Positions 1-11,436 are shown, counted from the stretch's first letter. The stretch: 64,000 nt of DNA from an uncultured Alphaproteobacteria bacterium (GCA_902577425.1 CACGZD010000001.1:638414-702413), one strand, 5' to 3'. Numbers and translations are program-made. The notes: a model not told the origin generated them from the letters alone.

Positions 1-2
1 TA

Positions 3-740
3 GACAGTGAATTAATTAATAAACTAATAAAAGACGCTAACAATATTATAAATTTAAAGACTTCATGGGATGAAAAAATAAGCTCTTTTGAAATGTCAAT
101 TTTTAAATTTAATCAAAAGCTAGCTGACAAAATAATTAATACTAATGAAAAATGCCATTTGATATATTTTTCAGGATTAGGAGTAGATAAAGGTCCATTA
201 TCTTTAAGATCTCAAGCTATCTTGAAAAGTGAGGAATATTATCAAAATAATTTAATCAATTGTTCAATAATTAGGCCAGGAATAATAATTGGAGGAGAAG
301 ATAAGTTTTTAAAAGGTTTAATTCCTTTATTTAAAATGTCTCCCTTTATACCCTTGTTTGGCAATGGATTATCAAAATTTCAGCCAGTATCTATAGAAGA
401 TGTAACTATGGCTATTGAAAAAATAATATTAAGAAATTTAAAGGGAGTAAATGTATTTGAGTTTGTTGGAAATGATATTTTTAATTACAAAGAATTCTAT
501 TCTTTAATTTCTAATTATTTTAATAAAAAAAGATATTTTATTAAAGTTCCATTACGTTTAGTAAAATTAGTTATTTATTTTATAGATAAAACACCTTTTT
601 CTCCTATTAAAAGTGAACAGCTTAAATTATTTGAAAAAGACAATGTTGCTAGCAATCAGCACAAAAACTTAAAAAACTTAGATATAAACCCTCAAGATTT
701 AAAAGAAAAAATAAAAAAAATAATCTTAAAAAACCTATAA
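3..740 (+). CDS. Complex I NDUFA9-like NAD(P)-binding epimerase/SDR protein, 5'-truncated by the window edge
   Basis: The frame is open from position 3, upstream of the track's Met at 93. Motifs SIIRPGIIIGGEDKF, PLFGNGLSKFQPVSIEDV and FEFVG are typical of NDUFA9-like atypical SDRs. Confidence 0.72.
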   Translation, partial: DSELINKLIKDANNIINLKTSWDEKISSFEMSIFKFNQKLADKIINTNEKCHLIYFSGLGVDKGPLSLRSQAILKSEEYYQNNLINCSIIRPGIIIGGEDKFLKGLIPLFKMSPFIPLFGNGLSKFQPVSIEDVTMAIEKIILRNLKGVNVFEFVGNDIFNYKEFYSLISNYFNKKRYFIKVPLRLVKLVIYFIDKTPFSPIKSEQLKLFEKDNVASNQHKNLKNLDINPQDLKEKIKKIILKNL

Positions 741-874
741 AAAACAACAAATAATTCATTAAATTGCATTTATTGTACCATAATGATACTAATTTTTGGT
801 CTTTTTATTTGATTATTGTTTTTTTAGCTATAGATGTCATGTTCTATTAAAAATTAGTACAAAAAAGGGACTAT

Positions 875-2338
875 ATGTTAAAATTTGTTAATTTAAATCA
901 GGAAAACCCTCAAAAATCTAATTCAGATAAACGCTTAAAAAATTTCAATGAGATTTATGCTAGATTTTCTAAAGAGAAAGCAGAAAGTCAATCCTCTAGA
1001 TGTTCTCAATGTGGAATTCCTTATTGCCAGATACATTGTCCCCTCCAAAATAATATACCAGATTGGTTACAATTAACTGCAGAAAATAGATTACAAGAAG
1101 CATTTGAGATTTCTAGTGCTACAAATAATATGCCTGAAGTTTGTGGAAGAATTTGTCCTCAAGATAGATTATGTGAAGGTAATTGTGTCATTGAACAATC
1201 CGGTCATGGATCAGTAACTATTGGATCTATCGAAAAACATATTACTGATGTTGCCTGGGAAAAAGGATGGATAGACAAAATTAATGTTATTAATGAAAAA
1301 GAACAATCGGTAGGTATAATAGGATCAGGTCCTGCTGGATTAGCTGCTGGTGAAGAGCTTAGAAAAAAAGGATATCAAGTTACTATTTACGATCGTTATG
1401 ATAGACCGGGAGGTTTACTCATTTATGGAATACCTAATTTTAAATTAGAGAAAGAAATTGTTATTAGAAGAACGAACCGTTTAAGTGAAAGTGGTATCAA
1501 CTTTGAAATGAATTGTGAAATTGGAACTTCTACTTCATTTGAAAAAATTCAAAAGAAACATGAAGCGATATTAATTGCTACTGGAGTATACAAATCTCGT
1601 GAAATTAATTTAAATCATAATAATTCAAATAATGTTGTTCCAGCATTAGAGTATTTAGTTTCTAGTAACAGAAAAGGATTAAAAGATAATGTTAAAGATT
1701 TTGATAGTGGCAGATTAAATGCTCAAAATAAAAATGTAGTAGTTATTGGTGGTGGTGATACGGCTATGGATTGTGTTAGAACGGCTGTTCGTCAAGGCGC
1801 TAAATCAGTTAAATGCTTATACCGTAGAGATCAAAAAAATATGCCTGGATCTCAACGTGAAGTTGAGAATGCTATAGAAGAGGGTATAGATTTCCAATGG
1901 CTTACTTTACCAGCTGAATACATTGGTTCAGATTTAATTAATAAGTTAAAAATAATTAAAATGACATTAGGCTCTCCAGATGAATCAGGAAGAAGAAAAC
2001 CTGAACCGATTCCGGGTTCAGAAATAAACCTTGATGTTGATTTAATTATTGAGGCTCTTGGTTTTGAACCTGAAAATATTCCAAATATGTTTGATAAACC
2101 TGAGCTCGAAATTACTAAATGGGGTACTATTAAAATTAACTATAAAAATATGATGACTAATTTAAGCGGTGTTTTTGCTGCTGGAGATATTGTTAGAGGA
2201 GCAAGTTTAGTTGTTTGGGGAATTAAGGATGGCAGGGATGCAGCAACAAATATACACAATTATATTCAAGAAAAAAATAAAGCTAACTTAGAGAGTGTGC
2301 TTATAAAACAGGATTTCAGAGAAAATGCAGAAGCTTAA
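875..2338 (+). CDS. gltD: Glutamate synthase small (beta) subunit
   Basis: RCSQCGIPYCQIHCP and CGRICPQDRLCEGNC Fe-S motifs, GSGPAGL and GGGDTAMDC dinucleotide motifs; directly upstream of gltB. Confidence 0.97.
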   Translation: MLKFVNLNQENPQKSNSDKRLKNFNEIYARFSKEKAESQSSRCSQCGIPYCQIHCPLQNNIPDWLQLTAENRLQEAFEISSATNNMPEVCGRICPQDRLCEGNCVIEQSGHGSVTIGSIEKHITDVAWEKGWIDKINVINEKEQSVGIIGSGPAGLAAGEELRKKGYQVTIYDRYDRPGGLLIYGIPNFKLEKEIVIRRTNRLSESGINFEMNCEIGTSTSFEKIQKKHEAILIATGVYKSREINLNHNNSNNVVPALEYLVSSNRKGLKDNVKDFDSGRLNAQNKNVVVIGGGDTAMDCVRTAVRQGAKSVKCLYRRDQKNMPGSQREVENAIEEGIDFQWLTLPAEYIGSDLINKLKIIKMTLGSPDESGRRKPEPIPGSEINLDVDLIIEALGFEPENIPNMFDKPELEITKWGTIKINYKNMMTNLSGVFAAGDIVRGASLVVWGIKDGRDAATNIHNYIQEKNKANLESVLIKQDFRENAEA

Positions 2339-5300
2339 GAAAAACAAAGATTATCTAAAAAATAAAAAAAAACTTATTCAAAATCATGTTTATTCTGAAA
2401 ATGATGAGCACTCTTCATGTGGAGTAGGATTAATTGCTTCAATTTCTGGGTTGCCTTCAAGAAAAATTGTAGAGATGGGTGTTCAGGCATTAAAAGTTTT
2501 ATATCATCGCGGCGCTGTCGATGCTGATGGCAAAACAGGAGATGGCGCAGGAATTCAGCTTGGAATACCTAAAGATTTTTTTAAAGAAAAAATTAATCGC
2601 TCAGGACATAAACTAAATAATCTTCCATTTGCTGTAGGAATGATTTTTTTGCCTCGTACTAATTTTGAAGCACAAGAAAAGGCACGTATTATTATTGAGT
2701 CTGAAATTATTAAAGAAGGTTTTAAAATTTTTGGTTGGAGACATGTTCCTATTAATACTAAAATTATTGGAGAAAAAGCGAAGGCATCACTTCCTGAAAT
2801 TGAGCAGATATTAATTGGAAACGAAATTTTTAAAAATGAACTTGAATTTGATGATAAACTTTATTTAATTCGAAAACGAATAGAAAAAAAAATAAATAGT
2901 TCAAATATTAATGATTTTTATATTTGTTCATTATCATGCCAGTCAATTATTTATAAAGGTATGTTTCTAGCTGAACAGCTTTCAAATTTTTATCCAGATA
3001 TTCAGGATAAAAGATTTATTTCAAATTTTGCAGTCTACCATCAAAGGTATTCGACTAATACTTTTCCTACGTGGTCTTTAGCTCAACCTTTTAGAGTGAT
3101 TGCGCATAATGGTGAAATTAATACTCTAAAAGGAAACAAAAACTGGATGGAAGCACATGAACCCAGAATGTTTCATGCGAGTTATGATAAAGATATAGAT
3201 GACTTAAAGCCAATTATTGATAGAGCAGCTTCTGACTCTGCAGCTCTAGATTCTACTATAGAGCTTCTTGTTAGAACAAAAAGAAGCTTGCCCATGGCAA
3301 AGTTAATGACGATACCTGAAGCATTTGCACATAGAAGAGATTTTCCAAAAAAATTAAAAGATTTATATACCTACGCAAATGCAGTTATGGAATCTTGGGA
3401 TGGCCCAGCTGCTATTTGTGGATGCCATGATCAATGGGCAATTGCTGGAATGGATAGAAATGGTTTAAGGCCTCTAAGATATACATTAACAAATGACTTT
3501 CTTATTGCTGGTTCAGAAACAGGTATGGTTGAAATTGATGAGGCAGAAATTCTCGAAAGAGGTCGTGTAGGTCCAGGCCAAATGATAGCAGTAAATTTTA
3601 AAGAAGGTAAATTTTATAAAGATAAAGAAATAAAAAATAAACTTTCTCAATCTAGACCTTTTGGAGAATGGATTAAAAAAATTAAACATATTGATAAATT
3701 AGTTCAGTCCGTTGATGAAGAATTTAGAGATATTCAAACTTCAGATTTAAGAAGAAGAATGACTTCTTTTGGTTGGACTTCAGAGGATATGGAAATAATT
3801 CTTCATCCAATGATTGCATCACAAAAAGAGGCAGTTGGTTCCATGGGTGATGATACTCCTATTGCTGTTTTATCAGATAATTATAGAGGACTTCATCATT
3901 TTTTTAGACAAAATTTTAGTCAAGTCACAAACCCCCCAATTGATAGTTTGAGAGAAAGAGTTGTTATGAGTCTTAGGACAAGAATAGGCAATTTAAGTAA
4001 TATTCTTGATGAAGATCAATCACAATGTGATCATCTGCAATTAAATTCTCCAGTACTGTCCATAAATCAATTTAAAACTTTACGTCAGTATATGAAAGAT
4101 AAAGTTAAGATTATTGATACAACTATGGATATCCAACAAGAAAATTATCATTTTAAAAAAGAATTAGATAGAATTAATAAAGAAGCTGAAGAAGCTGTAC
4201 GTTCTGGCTATGTACACATTATATTAACTGACAAATCTTTAAGTAAATCTCGAGTAGCTCTACCTATGATTTTGGTTACTAGTTCTGTACATCATTATTT
4301 AATTAAAAAAAGATTAAGAACATTTATTTCATTAAATGTTCAATCTGCAGAATGTTTAGATGTTCATTATTTTGCTGTTTTAATAGGTGTAGGTGCTACT
4401 AGTATCAATGCGTATATGGCTCAACAAGCTATTGCTGAAAGGCATAAGAAAAAATTATTTGGTCAACTTACTTATGAAGAATGTGTAGAAAGATACATTC
4501 AATCTGTAAACAATGGATTACTCAAAATTATGAGCAAAATGGGAATCTCAGTTGTTAGTTCATATAGAGGAGGATGTAATTTTGAAGCAATTGGCTTAAG
4601 CAGAAATCTTATGAGCGAATATTTTCCTTCTATGAGCTCTAAAATATCAGGTATGGGCCTAAAAGGTTTAGAACAAAAATCTTTGTTTGCACATAACAAA
4701 GCATATTCAGATGATGTTATTAATTTACCCATAGGGGGCTTTTATAGATACCGCAAAGATGGAGAAAAACATTCTTTTGAAGGTACTGCAATTCATATTT
4801 TGCAAACAGCAGTAGGAACTAATAATTATTCTTTGTATAAAAAATATTCAAAACAAATTAATGAAAATTATCCTATTAATTTAAGAGATCTTGTTGATTT
4901 CAAATCAGATAAAGATTCTATTAATAATAAATCTGTAAATAATACTTATGAAATAAGAAAACGTTTAGTTGCACCAGGAATTTCCCTTGGTGCCTTAAGT
5001 CCTGAAGCGCACGAAACAATAGCTATTGCCATGAATCGTATAGGAGCAAAATCTGATTCAGGAGAAGGGGGAGAAGATCCTGAAAGATTTATTCTTAGAA
5101 GTAATGGAGATAATCCATCTTCAAAAATTAAACAAATAGCAAGTGGAAGATTTGGTGTAACTGCAGAATATTTAAACAGTTGTAATGAAATTGAAATAAA
5201 AATTGCTCAAGGGGCTAAACCAGGAGAAGGAGGACAACTTCCAGGTGAAAAAGTTACTCCTTTGATTGCAAAATTAAGACATTCAACAGAGGGTGTAACA

Positions 5301-6845
5301 TTAATAAGCCCTCCTCCTCATCATGATATCTATTCAATAGAAGATCTTGCGCAATTAATATATGATTTAAAACAGATTAATCCTAAAGCTAAAGTATGCG
5401 TTAAGCTTGTAGCTCAATCAGGTATAGGTACAGTTGCTGCAGGTGTTGCAAAAGCTAAAGCTGATGTAATTTTAATCTCTGGACATAATGGAGGAACAGG
5501 AGCAAGTCCTCAAAGTAGTATTAAATACGCTGGTTTACCATGGGAAATAGGATTAAGCGAAGTTCATCAAGTGCTTTCTCTAAATAATTTAAGAGATAAA
5601 GTTATTTTAAGAACAGATGGAGGTTTAAAAACTGGAAGAGATATAGTTATAGCAGCTATGTTGGGAGCAGAAGAGTATGGAATAGGTACTGCAAGTCTAG
5701 TTGCTATGGGTTGTATTATGGTAAGACAATGTCATTCTAATACTTGCCCTGTCGGTGTTTGTTCTCAAAATGAAAAGTTAAGAGAGAAGTTTACTGGCAC
5801 CCCTGAAAAAGTTGTAAACCTATTTACTTTCATAGCTGAAGAAACAAAGGAAATTCTTAATTCTTTAGGATATAATAAATTAGATGAAATTGTGGGCAGA
5901 TCAGATTTATTATATCAAATAAATAGAGGTAGTTCTTTTTTAGATGATTTAGATTTAAATCCAATTTTATCACAAATAGAATCAGATATTGGGGAGTATT
6001 CTTATAAAATAGAAAATAGAAATGAAGTTGATGCTAGTTTAGACAATAAAATTATTAAGGATGCAGAATCATTATTTAAAGATAAACAAAAAATTCAACT
6101 TACTTATAATATAAAAAATACTGATAGGGCATTAGGTACCAGATTTTCTTCAGAAGTTACTACAAAAATTGGAACTGACATTTTGAATGATGATCATGTG
6201 AATATAAAATTGATTGGAACTGCAGGTCAATCATTAGGTGCATTTTTATGTAAGGGAATTACTCTTTCTGTTTCAGGAGATGCTAATGACTATGTTGGAA
6301 AAGGACTTTCTGGAGGTAAAATTATTTTGAAACCAAAAAATAGTTCAAAATTAGACACAAAAGATAACGTTATTATAGGAAATACAATTTTATATGGTGC
6401 CACTAATGGCAGTTTATATGCTTCGGGCATTGCAGGAGATAGATTTTGTGTTAGAAATTCAGGAGCTCATGCAATTGTAGAAGGCTGTGGTGATAATGGG
6501 TGTGAGTATATGACTGGGGGCAGCGCTATAATATTAGGCTCAGTTGGCAATAATTTTGCTGCAGGAATGACGGGAGGTATCGCTTTTGTTTATGATAAAG
6601 AAGGCACCTTACCTATGAGAATCAATTTAGGCGATGTAATTTATCAACAGCAAATGACAGAGTATTGGGAAAATTTCTTACATTCTAAAATTATAGAATT
6701 TTATAAAATTACTAATTCTCAAAATGCAAAAAATATAATTGATAACTGGGAAAAAGAAAAATATCTTTTCTGGCAAATATGTCCAAAAGAAATGTTAACA
6801 AAATTTGAAAATCCAATTTTACTAGAAGATGAAAAAATAGCTTAG
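2325..6845 (+). CDS. gltB: Glutamate synthase large (alpha) subunit
   Basis: 1506 aa. CGVG Ntn-amidotransferase start, HQRYSTNT, KIAQGAKPGEGGQLPG, CHSNTCPVGVC 3Fe-4S motif and C-terminal GXGXG repeats. Confidence 0.98.
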   Translation: MQKLKKNKDYLKNKKKLIQNHVYSENDEHSSCGVGLIASISGLPSRKIVEMGVQALKVLYHRGAVDADGKTGDGAGIQLGIPKDFFKEKINRSGHKLNNLPFAVGMIFLPRTNFEAQEKARIIIESEIIKEGFKIFGWRHVPINTKIIGEKAKASLPEIEQILIGNEIFKNELEFDDKLYLIRKRIEKKINSSNINDFYICSLSCQSIIYKGMFLAEQLSNFYPDIQDKRFISNFAVYHQRYSTNTFPTWSLAQPFRVIAHNGEINTLKGNKNWMEAHEPRMFHASYDKDIDDLKPIIDRAASDSAALDSTIELLVRTKRSLPMAKLMTIPEAFAHRRDFPKKLKDLYTYANAVMESWDGPAAICGCHDQWAIAGMDRNGLRPLRYTLTNDFLIAGSETGMVEIDEAEILERGRVGPGQMIAVNFKEGKFYKDKEIKNKLSQSRPFGEWIKKIKHIDKLVQSVDEEFRDIQTSDLRRRMTSFGWTSEDMEIILHPMIASQKEAVGSMGDDTPIAVLSDNYRGLHHFFRQNFSQVTNPPIDSLRERVVMSLRTRIGNLSNILDEDQSQCDHLQLNSPVLSINQFKTLRQYMKDKVKIIDTTMDIQQENYHFKKELDRINKEAEEAVRSGYVHIILTDKSLSKSRVALPMILVTSSVHHYLIKKRLRTFISLNVQSAECLDVHYFAVLIGVGATSINAYMAQQAIAERHKKKLFGQLTYEECVERYIQSVNNGLLKIMSKMGISVVSSYRGGCNFEAIGLSRNLMSEYFPSMSSKISGMGLKGLEQKSLFAHNKAYSDDVINLPIGGFYRYRKDGEKHSFEGTAIHILQTAVGTNNYSLYKKYSKQINENYPINLRDLVDFKSDKDSINNKSVNNTYEIRKRLVAPGISLGALSPEAHETIAIAMNRIGAKSDSGEGGEDPERFILRSNGDNPSSKIKQIASGRFGVTAEYLNSCNEIEIKIAQGAKPGEGGQLPGEKVTPLIAKLRHSTEGVTLISPPPHHDIYSIEDLAQLIYDLKQINPKAKVCVKLVAQSGIGTVAAGVAKAKADVILISGHNGGTGASPQSSIKYAGLPWEIGLSEVHQVLSLNNLRDKVILRTDGGLKTGRDIVIAAMLGAEEYGIGTASLVAMGCIMVRQCHSNTCPVGVCSQNEKLREKFTGTPEKVVNLFTFIAEETKEILNSLGYNKLDEIVGRSDLLYQINRGSSFLDDLDLNPILSQIESDIGEYSYKIENRNEVDASLDNKIIKDAESLFKDKQKIQLTYNIKNTDRALGTRFSSEVTTKIGTDILNDDHVNIKLIGTAGQSLGAFLCKGITLSVSGDANDYVGKGLSGGKIILKPKNSSKLDTKDNVIIGNTILYGATNGSLYASGIAGDRFCVRNSGAHAIVEGCGDNGCEYMTGGSAIILGSVGNNFAAGMTGGIAFVYDKEGTLPMRINLGDVIYQQQMTEYWENFLHSKIIEFYKITNSQNAKNIIDNWEKEKYLFWQICPKEMLTKFENPILLEDEKIA

Positions 6846-7580
6846 CTAAATAAGTTTTCGAATATTATCTAAAGAATTTTTAATATTTATAAGGTCGGTT
6901 GCACTTGAGAGACTATGATCACTAGACTTTAAAAATTTAATTTGAACATTTTTACCACTTAATTTTTTCATTATTTTTATTGGCATTGTATCTTTCACAA
7001 TATTATCTTTATTACCGTGAATTAAAATTACTGGTTTATTAAAATTTATTTTTTTATTTAAAATTTTATTTTTTGTACAATGTATAAAAAATTCTTTTGT
7101 AAGATAATATGCAAAACATTTATATGTATATTTTGTTATTCCTTTAGTTTTGATATCTTGTTTATTTTTTATACTTAAACTATTAAATAGATCCTTTCCA
7201 AAATCTGCAGCAGAAGCTAATCCAATTAGACCAGATATTTTTCTTTTTTTAGATTTAGCAGCTAACAACATTAACCACCCTCCCATACTACTTCCTACGA
7301 GAATTTGAGGTCCCTTGGTAAGGTTATCAATTATGTCAAAAAGATCTTTTTTCCAATCAGAAATTGTAAAATCTTCAAAATTACCAGAAGATTTACCATG
7401 TCCCCTACAATCGAAACGAATAAATGATAGTTTATTTTTTTTTGCATATTTTTCAATAAAGATAGCCTTTTTTCCTTCCATGTTAGAATTTAAACCATGA
7501 ATAAAAACAATACCTGGAGATTTACCTTTGATTCTTTTATATGCTATTTTTTGATTTTTTTTGTTTATAAAGTAACTCAT
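6846..7580 (-). CDS. Alpha/beta hydrolase
   Basis: FIHG oxyanion motif, GSSMGG nucleophile elbow, IHGNKD and C-terminal DHSLS catalytic His. Confidence 0.88.
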   Translation of the reverse strand: MSYFINKKNQKIAYKRIKGKSPGIVFIHGLNSNMEGKKAIFIEKYAKKNKLSFIRFDCRGHGKSSGNFEDFTISDWKKDLFDIIDNLTKGPQILVGSSMGGWLMLLAAKSKKRKISGLIGLASAADFGKDLFNSLSIKNKQDIKTKGITKYTYKCFAYYLTKEFFIHCTKNKILNKKINFNKPVILIHGNKDNIVKDTMPIKIMKKLSGKNVQIKFLKSSDHSLSSATDLINIKNSLDNIRKLI

Positions 7581-7618
7581 TATTTAAATTAATTTTTAGT
7601 TTATAACATAATTTAATT

Positions 7619-8743
7619 ATGAAAATATTTAATTTGATGCAAATAGTACCATCTTTGCAATCAGGAGGAGTTGAGCAAGGAACAGTTGATTTATCAAATT
7701 ATTTAGCTTCACTTAAAATTAGGAATTTTATTATTTCCAATGGAGGTAATTTATTATCATACTTAAATAAGCAATATGTTGATCATAGTATCTTGCCTGT
7801 TCATTCAAAAAATTTTTTTAAAATGCCCTTTACTGCTAAAAAAATTAATAATTTATTAAAGAAATCAGAAATAAATATATTGCATTTAAGATCTCGTGCA
7901 CCTGCTTGGATGATACCATATTTAGATAAAGATAATCTAAAAATAGTCTCTACTTTTCACAATGTTTATGGTCATGAAAATATAATAAAAAAAATATATA
8001 ACAAAAGATTGTCTAAAGTTGATAAAATAGTTGCTATTTCTAGTTATGTTAAAAATGAAATAACAAATTTATATAAAATTAATCCTGAAAAAATAAAAGT
8101 TATAAATAGGGGTATAGACATTAATTTTTTTGATAATGATAATATAAATCAAGAGTTTTTTATAAATTTTTTAAAAAAAAATAATATTTCTCCAGATAAC
8201 AAAATTATTCTATTTCCGGGGCGATTGACAAAATGGAAAGGTCAAATTGAATTTTTAAATATAGTAAATGCTTTAAAAGATAAAAAAATAATTTTTTATT
8301 TTATTGGAGATGATAAAAATACTTCATATAAAAATAAATTTATTAATGAAATAAATAAAAAAAATTTAAACAATATATGTAGAGTTCTTGGAAATCTAAA
8401 TGCTGAAGAGCTTAAAATAATGTACAAATGTTCTGACATCGTAATATCTGCACCTTTAAAGCCTGAAGGCTTTGGTAGGATTATTAGTGAATCTCTTGCA
8501 ATGAAAAAAATAATCTTAGCATACAATTATGGAGGGGCAAAAGATCAAATCGATAAATTAGATGATTTATATAAGATAAATCCAGGCCAACTTAATGAGC
8601 TAAAAAATAAAATTATAAAAGTTTTAGAAATGGATCAAATTACTATTAACAATTTAGGAAATATTGCAAGACAACATGTTTCAAAAAATTATTCAAAAAG
8701 TTTAATGTTGGAGTCTTATTATAATTTTTATCAGGAGCTATAG
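7619..8743 (+). CDS. Glycosyltransferase family 4
   Basis: GGVE N-terminal motif, PGRLTKWKGQ and PEGFGRIISESLAM (EX7E-type). Confidence 0.9.
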   Translation: MKIFNLMQIVPSLQSGGVEQGTVDLSNYLASLKIRNFIISNGGNLLSYLNKQYVDHSILPVHSKNFFKMPFTAKKINNLLKKSEINILHLRSRAPAWMIPYLDKDNLKIVSTFHNVYGHENIIKKIYNKRLSKVDKIVAISSYVKNEITNLYKINPEKIKVINRGIDINFFDNDNINQEFFINFLKKNNISPDNKIILFPGRLTKWKGQIEFLNIVNALKDKKIIFYFIGDDKNTSYKNKFINEINKKNLNNICRVLGNLNAEELKIMYKCSDIVISAPLKPEGFGRIISESLAMKKIILAYNYGGAKDQIDKLDDLYKINPGQLNELKNKIIKVLEMDQITINNLGNIARQHVSKNYSKSLMLESYYNFYQEL

Positions 8744-9670
8744 TTGAAAAAAATTCTTTTAATAAAACATGGATCTTTAGGTGATATTATCACATCTACA
8801 TCGGTCATTAATGATATAAAAAAGCATTTTACTAGAGATCAAATTTATATTTTGACTTCTGATAAATTTAAGGATTTTTTTTATGAATTTAATTTTTTTG
8901 ATAAAATCATTATAGACAATAGAGAAGGTATATCTAAAACTATAGGTGTTATTAAAAAAATATTTAATTTAAAGATAGATCTTATAATTGATCTTCAAAA
9001 TTCAAAAAGAACTTCAGTTTATGCTCTTATTCTTAGAATTTTTTCAAAAATTAAAATTAATGGTACGGGAGTTTTTTCTACTCATAGATATCAATATGAT
9101 AAAACGAATATGCCATCTGTCATTGATGGCTTATCAAATCAAATTGAACTTTTAGGAATTAAAACATTACGTATGCCTCACCTAAATTGGCTTATTAAAG
9201 AGAAATTTGACTTTACTAAAATTAAAAACCAAAATTTCTTTTTAATTAATCCAGGATGTTCAAAAAAAAATTTTAAAAAAAAATGGCCAGCAGTAAATTA
9301 TGCAAAAATTTGTACTTATTTAAGTTCAAAAAATATTTTACCGATAATTATAGGGGCTAATGAAGATAAAGCTGAAATTGAAGAAATTTTGAGTTTAGAA
9401 AAAAATGTATTAAACTTGTTTAACAAATCTCCTCTTAGTATTGTTTTTCAATTATCACAAAAAGCAATTGGAGCTATATCAAATGATACAGGTCCAGCTC
9501 ATTTAATTGCAGCCAGTGGTTGTTCTATACATTTAATACTTTCTGATTTTTCTAATACAAACACAGTTATTCCTCAAGGCACTAATGTGTCTTTTATTAG
9601 AAAAAAAGACATAAAAAAAATTTTAGTTGAAGAAGTTATAGAAGATCTAAATAATAAATTTGATTTATGA
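8744..9670 (+). CDS. Glycosyltransferase family 9 (LPS heptosyltransferase-like)
   Basis: KHGSLGDII, IIDLQNS, KKWP and SNDTGPAHLIAA motifs; TTG start. Confidence 0.88.
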   Translation: MKKILLIKHGSLGDIITSTSVINDIKKHFTRDQIYILTSDKFKDFFYEFNFFDKIIIDNREGISKTIGVIKKIFNLKIDLIIDLQNSKRTSVYALILRIFSKIKINGTGVFSTHRYQYDKTNMPSVIDGLSNQIELLGIKTLRMPHLNWLIKEKFDFTKIKNQNFFLINPGCSKKNFKKKWPAVNYAKICTYLSSKNILPIIIGANEDKAEIEEILSLEKNVLNLFNKSPLSIVFQLSQKAIGAISNDTGPAHLIAASGCSIHLILSDFSNTNTVIPQGTNVSFIRKKDIKKILVEEVIEDLNNKFDL

Positions 9671-10764
9671 AAATTGATATAATACTTCCATATAAAGAAG
9701 TCTTTTCAAGCACAAAAGCATCAGCAGTATCTTTAACTGTAAAAAATTCTTCAGAATTTTCAATTTATAAAAAACAAATAAATGTTTATGGTCAATTTAC
9801 TGATTCACCTTTTAAAAATGTAAAATTTATTGGAATTAAAACTAATAAATTTCTACACTTAGGTAATAATAATTCTGTTTATTTAAACTATATAAAAAAG
9901 CGCGAATCTATAACAAAAAGAATTGTTGAGTTTCATAATCGACCCTATGTTTTTAATAAAGCAATACAATTAGAAAAAAAATATCCAATTACCTTACATT
10001 TTCACAATGATCCTAAAACTATGAGAGGATCAAAAACTGTTGATGAACGAAAAAATATTGCTGAAAATGCAGAGGCCGTATATTTTGTGAGTCATTATAT
10101 AAAAAATTGTTTTATTGATGGCTTAGATAAAGATTATAATAATCTTCATATCATCCCAAATGCAATACAAAGAAACTTAAAACAAAAACCAAATAAGAAT
10201 AAAGAAGTTTTGTTTGTGGGAAGGTTAGTTGAAGAAAAAGGCTGCCATTTGTATGTTAATGCAATAAAATCAATAGTGAAAAAGTATCCCGAATGGAAAT
10301 TTCGCATTATAGGTACCGAAAGAGCAGGTCAAAAATCATTAACATCATCATATGCAAAAAATTTAATTACTGACTTTGAATCTTTAGGTAAAAATACGGA
10401 ATATCTTGGTTTTGTTTCTAATACAGAAGTTACAAATATATTAAAAAAAACATCAATATTAATTGTTCCTTCTATTTGGCAAGAACCATTTGCTTTAACA
10501 GCTTTAGAGGGTGTTTGTAATGGGGCAGCTGTAATTGCTTCTAAGGTTGGGGGAATGCAAGAAATGTTAGAAGATGTAGGAATGTTGGTTAATGATATTG
10601 ATGCAATTAAACTTGAAAAATCAATTTTAAGCTTATTAGAAAATGAAAATTTATTAAATGACTATCATAACAAATCTTGGATAAATTATAAATATAACCA
10701 AAAAGATATTGTTAAAATTCAGGATGAAGTTAGAACAAAGATTTTCAACAAATATAATTATTAA
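9667..10764 (+). CDS. Glycosyltransferase family 4 (LPS core-type)
   Basis: FVGRLVEEKG and PSIWQEPFALTALEG motifs; overlaps the GT9 stop codon. Confidence 0.88.
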   Translation: MKIDIILPYKEVFSSTKASAVSLTVKNSSEFSIYKKQINVYGQFTDSPFKNVKFIGIKTNKFLHLGNNNSVYLNYIKKRESITKRIVEFHNRPYVFNKAIQLEKKYPITLHFHNDPKTMRGSKTVDERKNIAENAEAVYFVSHYIKNCFIDGLDKDYNNLHIIPNAIQRNLKQKPNKNKEVLFVGRLVEEKGCHLYVNAIKSIVKKYPEWKFRIIGTERAGQKSLTSSYAKNLITDFESLGKNTEYLGFVSNTEVTNILKKTSILIVPSIWQEPFALTALEGVCNGAAVIASKVGGMQEMLEDVGMLVNDIDAIKLEKSILSLLENENLLNDYHNKSWINYKYNQKDIVKIQDEVRTKIFNKYNY

Positions 10765-10886
10765 TATTAATAAAATGTTAAATCTAAACTTGAATAATTA
10801 TTTAAAAAGACATATATGTTTATTTAATGTGGTATTCTAATTAATTATGCTTTTAAAAGCAGTTTTCAACAAATTTTAATATAGTC

Positions 10887-11426
10887 TTGAGTTTCCAGTA
10901 TAGAGAAAAAAAAGATTCTGGTCCTAGGACTAATGAGCAAATTACTGCAAGTGAAGTAAGAGTTATTTCTTCTTCTGGTAAACAACTAGGCATTATAAGT
11001 ATTAGGGAAGCATTAAATCACGCAGAAGATGAGGGCTTTGATTTGGTTGAAGTATCTCCTGATGCCAAACCTCCTGTTTGTAAAATTCTGGATTATGGAA
11101 AACTAAAATATCGTGAACAGAAAAGTAAAAAGGAAGCTAAAAAGAAACAAAAAACTATAGAAATAAAAGAAATAAAGATTAGACCTGGTATCAATAAGCA
11201 TGATTATGAGGTTAAAGTTAAAGCATTCCATAAATTTATAAAGGGTGGAAATAAAGTTAAAGTTTCAATGAGATTTAGAGGAAGAGAAATGGAACATCAA
11301 AACCTAGGTTTAGATCTTTTAAAAAGACTTATTGAACAGGTGAAGGAATATGCAAAAGTTGAAGTGCCTCCTAAAAATGAGGGAAAGCAGATAATGATGG
11401 TTTTAGTCCCTTTTAGTGAAAAATAA
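10887..11426 (+). CDS. infC: Translation initiation factor IF-3
   Basis: GPRTNEQI, DLVEVSPDAKPPVCKILDYGK and KVKVSMRFRGRE motifs. There is no ATG start (TTG 10887 or ATA 10881), as is usual for infC. Confidence 0.97.
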   Translation: MSFQYREKKDSGPRTNEQITASEVRVISSSGKQLGIISIREALNHAEDEGFDLVEVSPDAKPPVCKILDYGKLKYREQKSKKEAKKKQKTIEIKEIKIRPGINKHDYEVKVKAFHKFIKGGNKVKVSMRFRGREMEHQNLGLDLLKRLIEQVKEYAKVEVPPKNEGKQIMMVLVPFSEK

Positions 11427-11436
11427 ATAAATTCTA

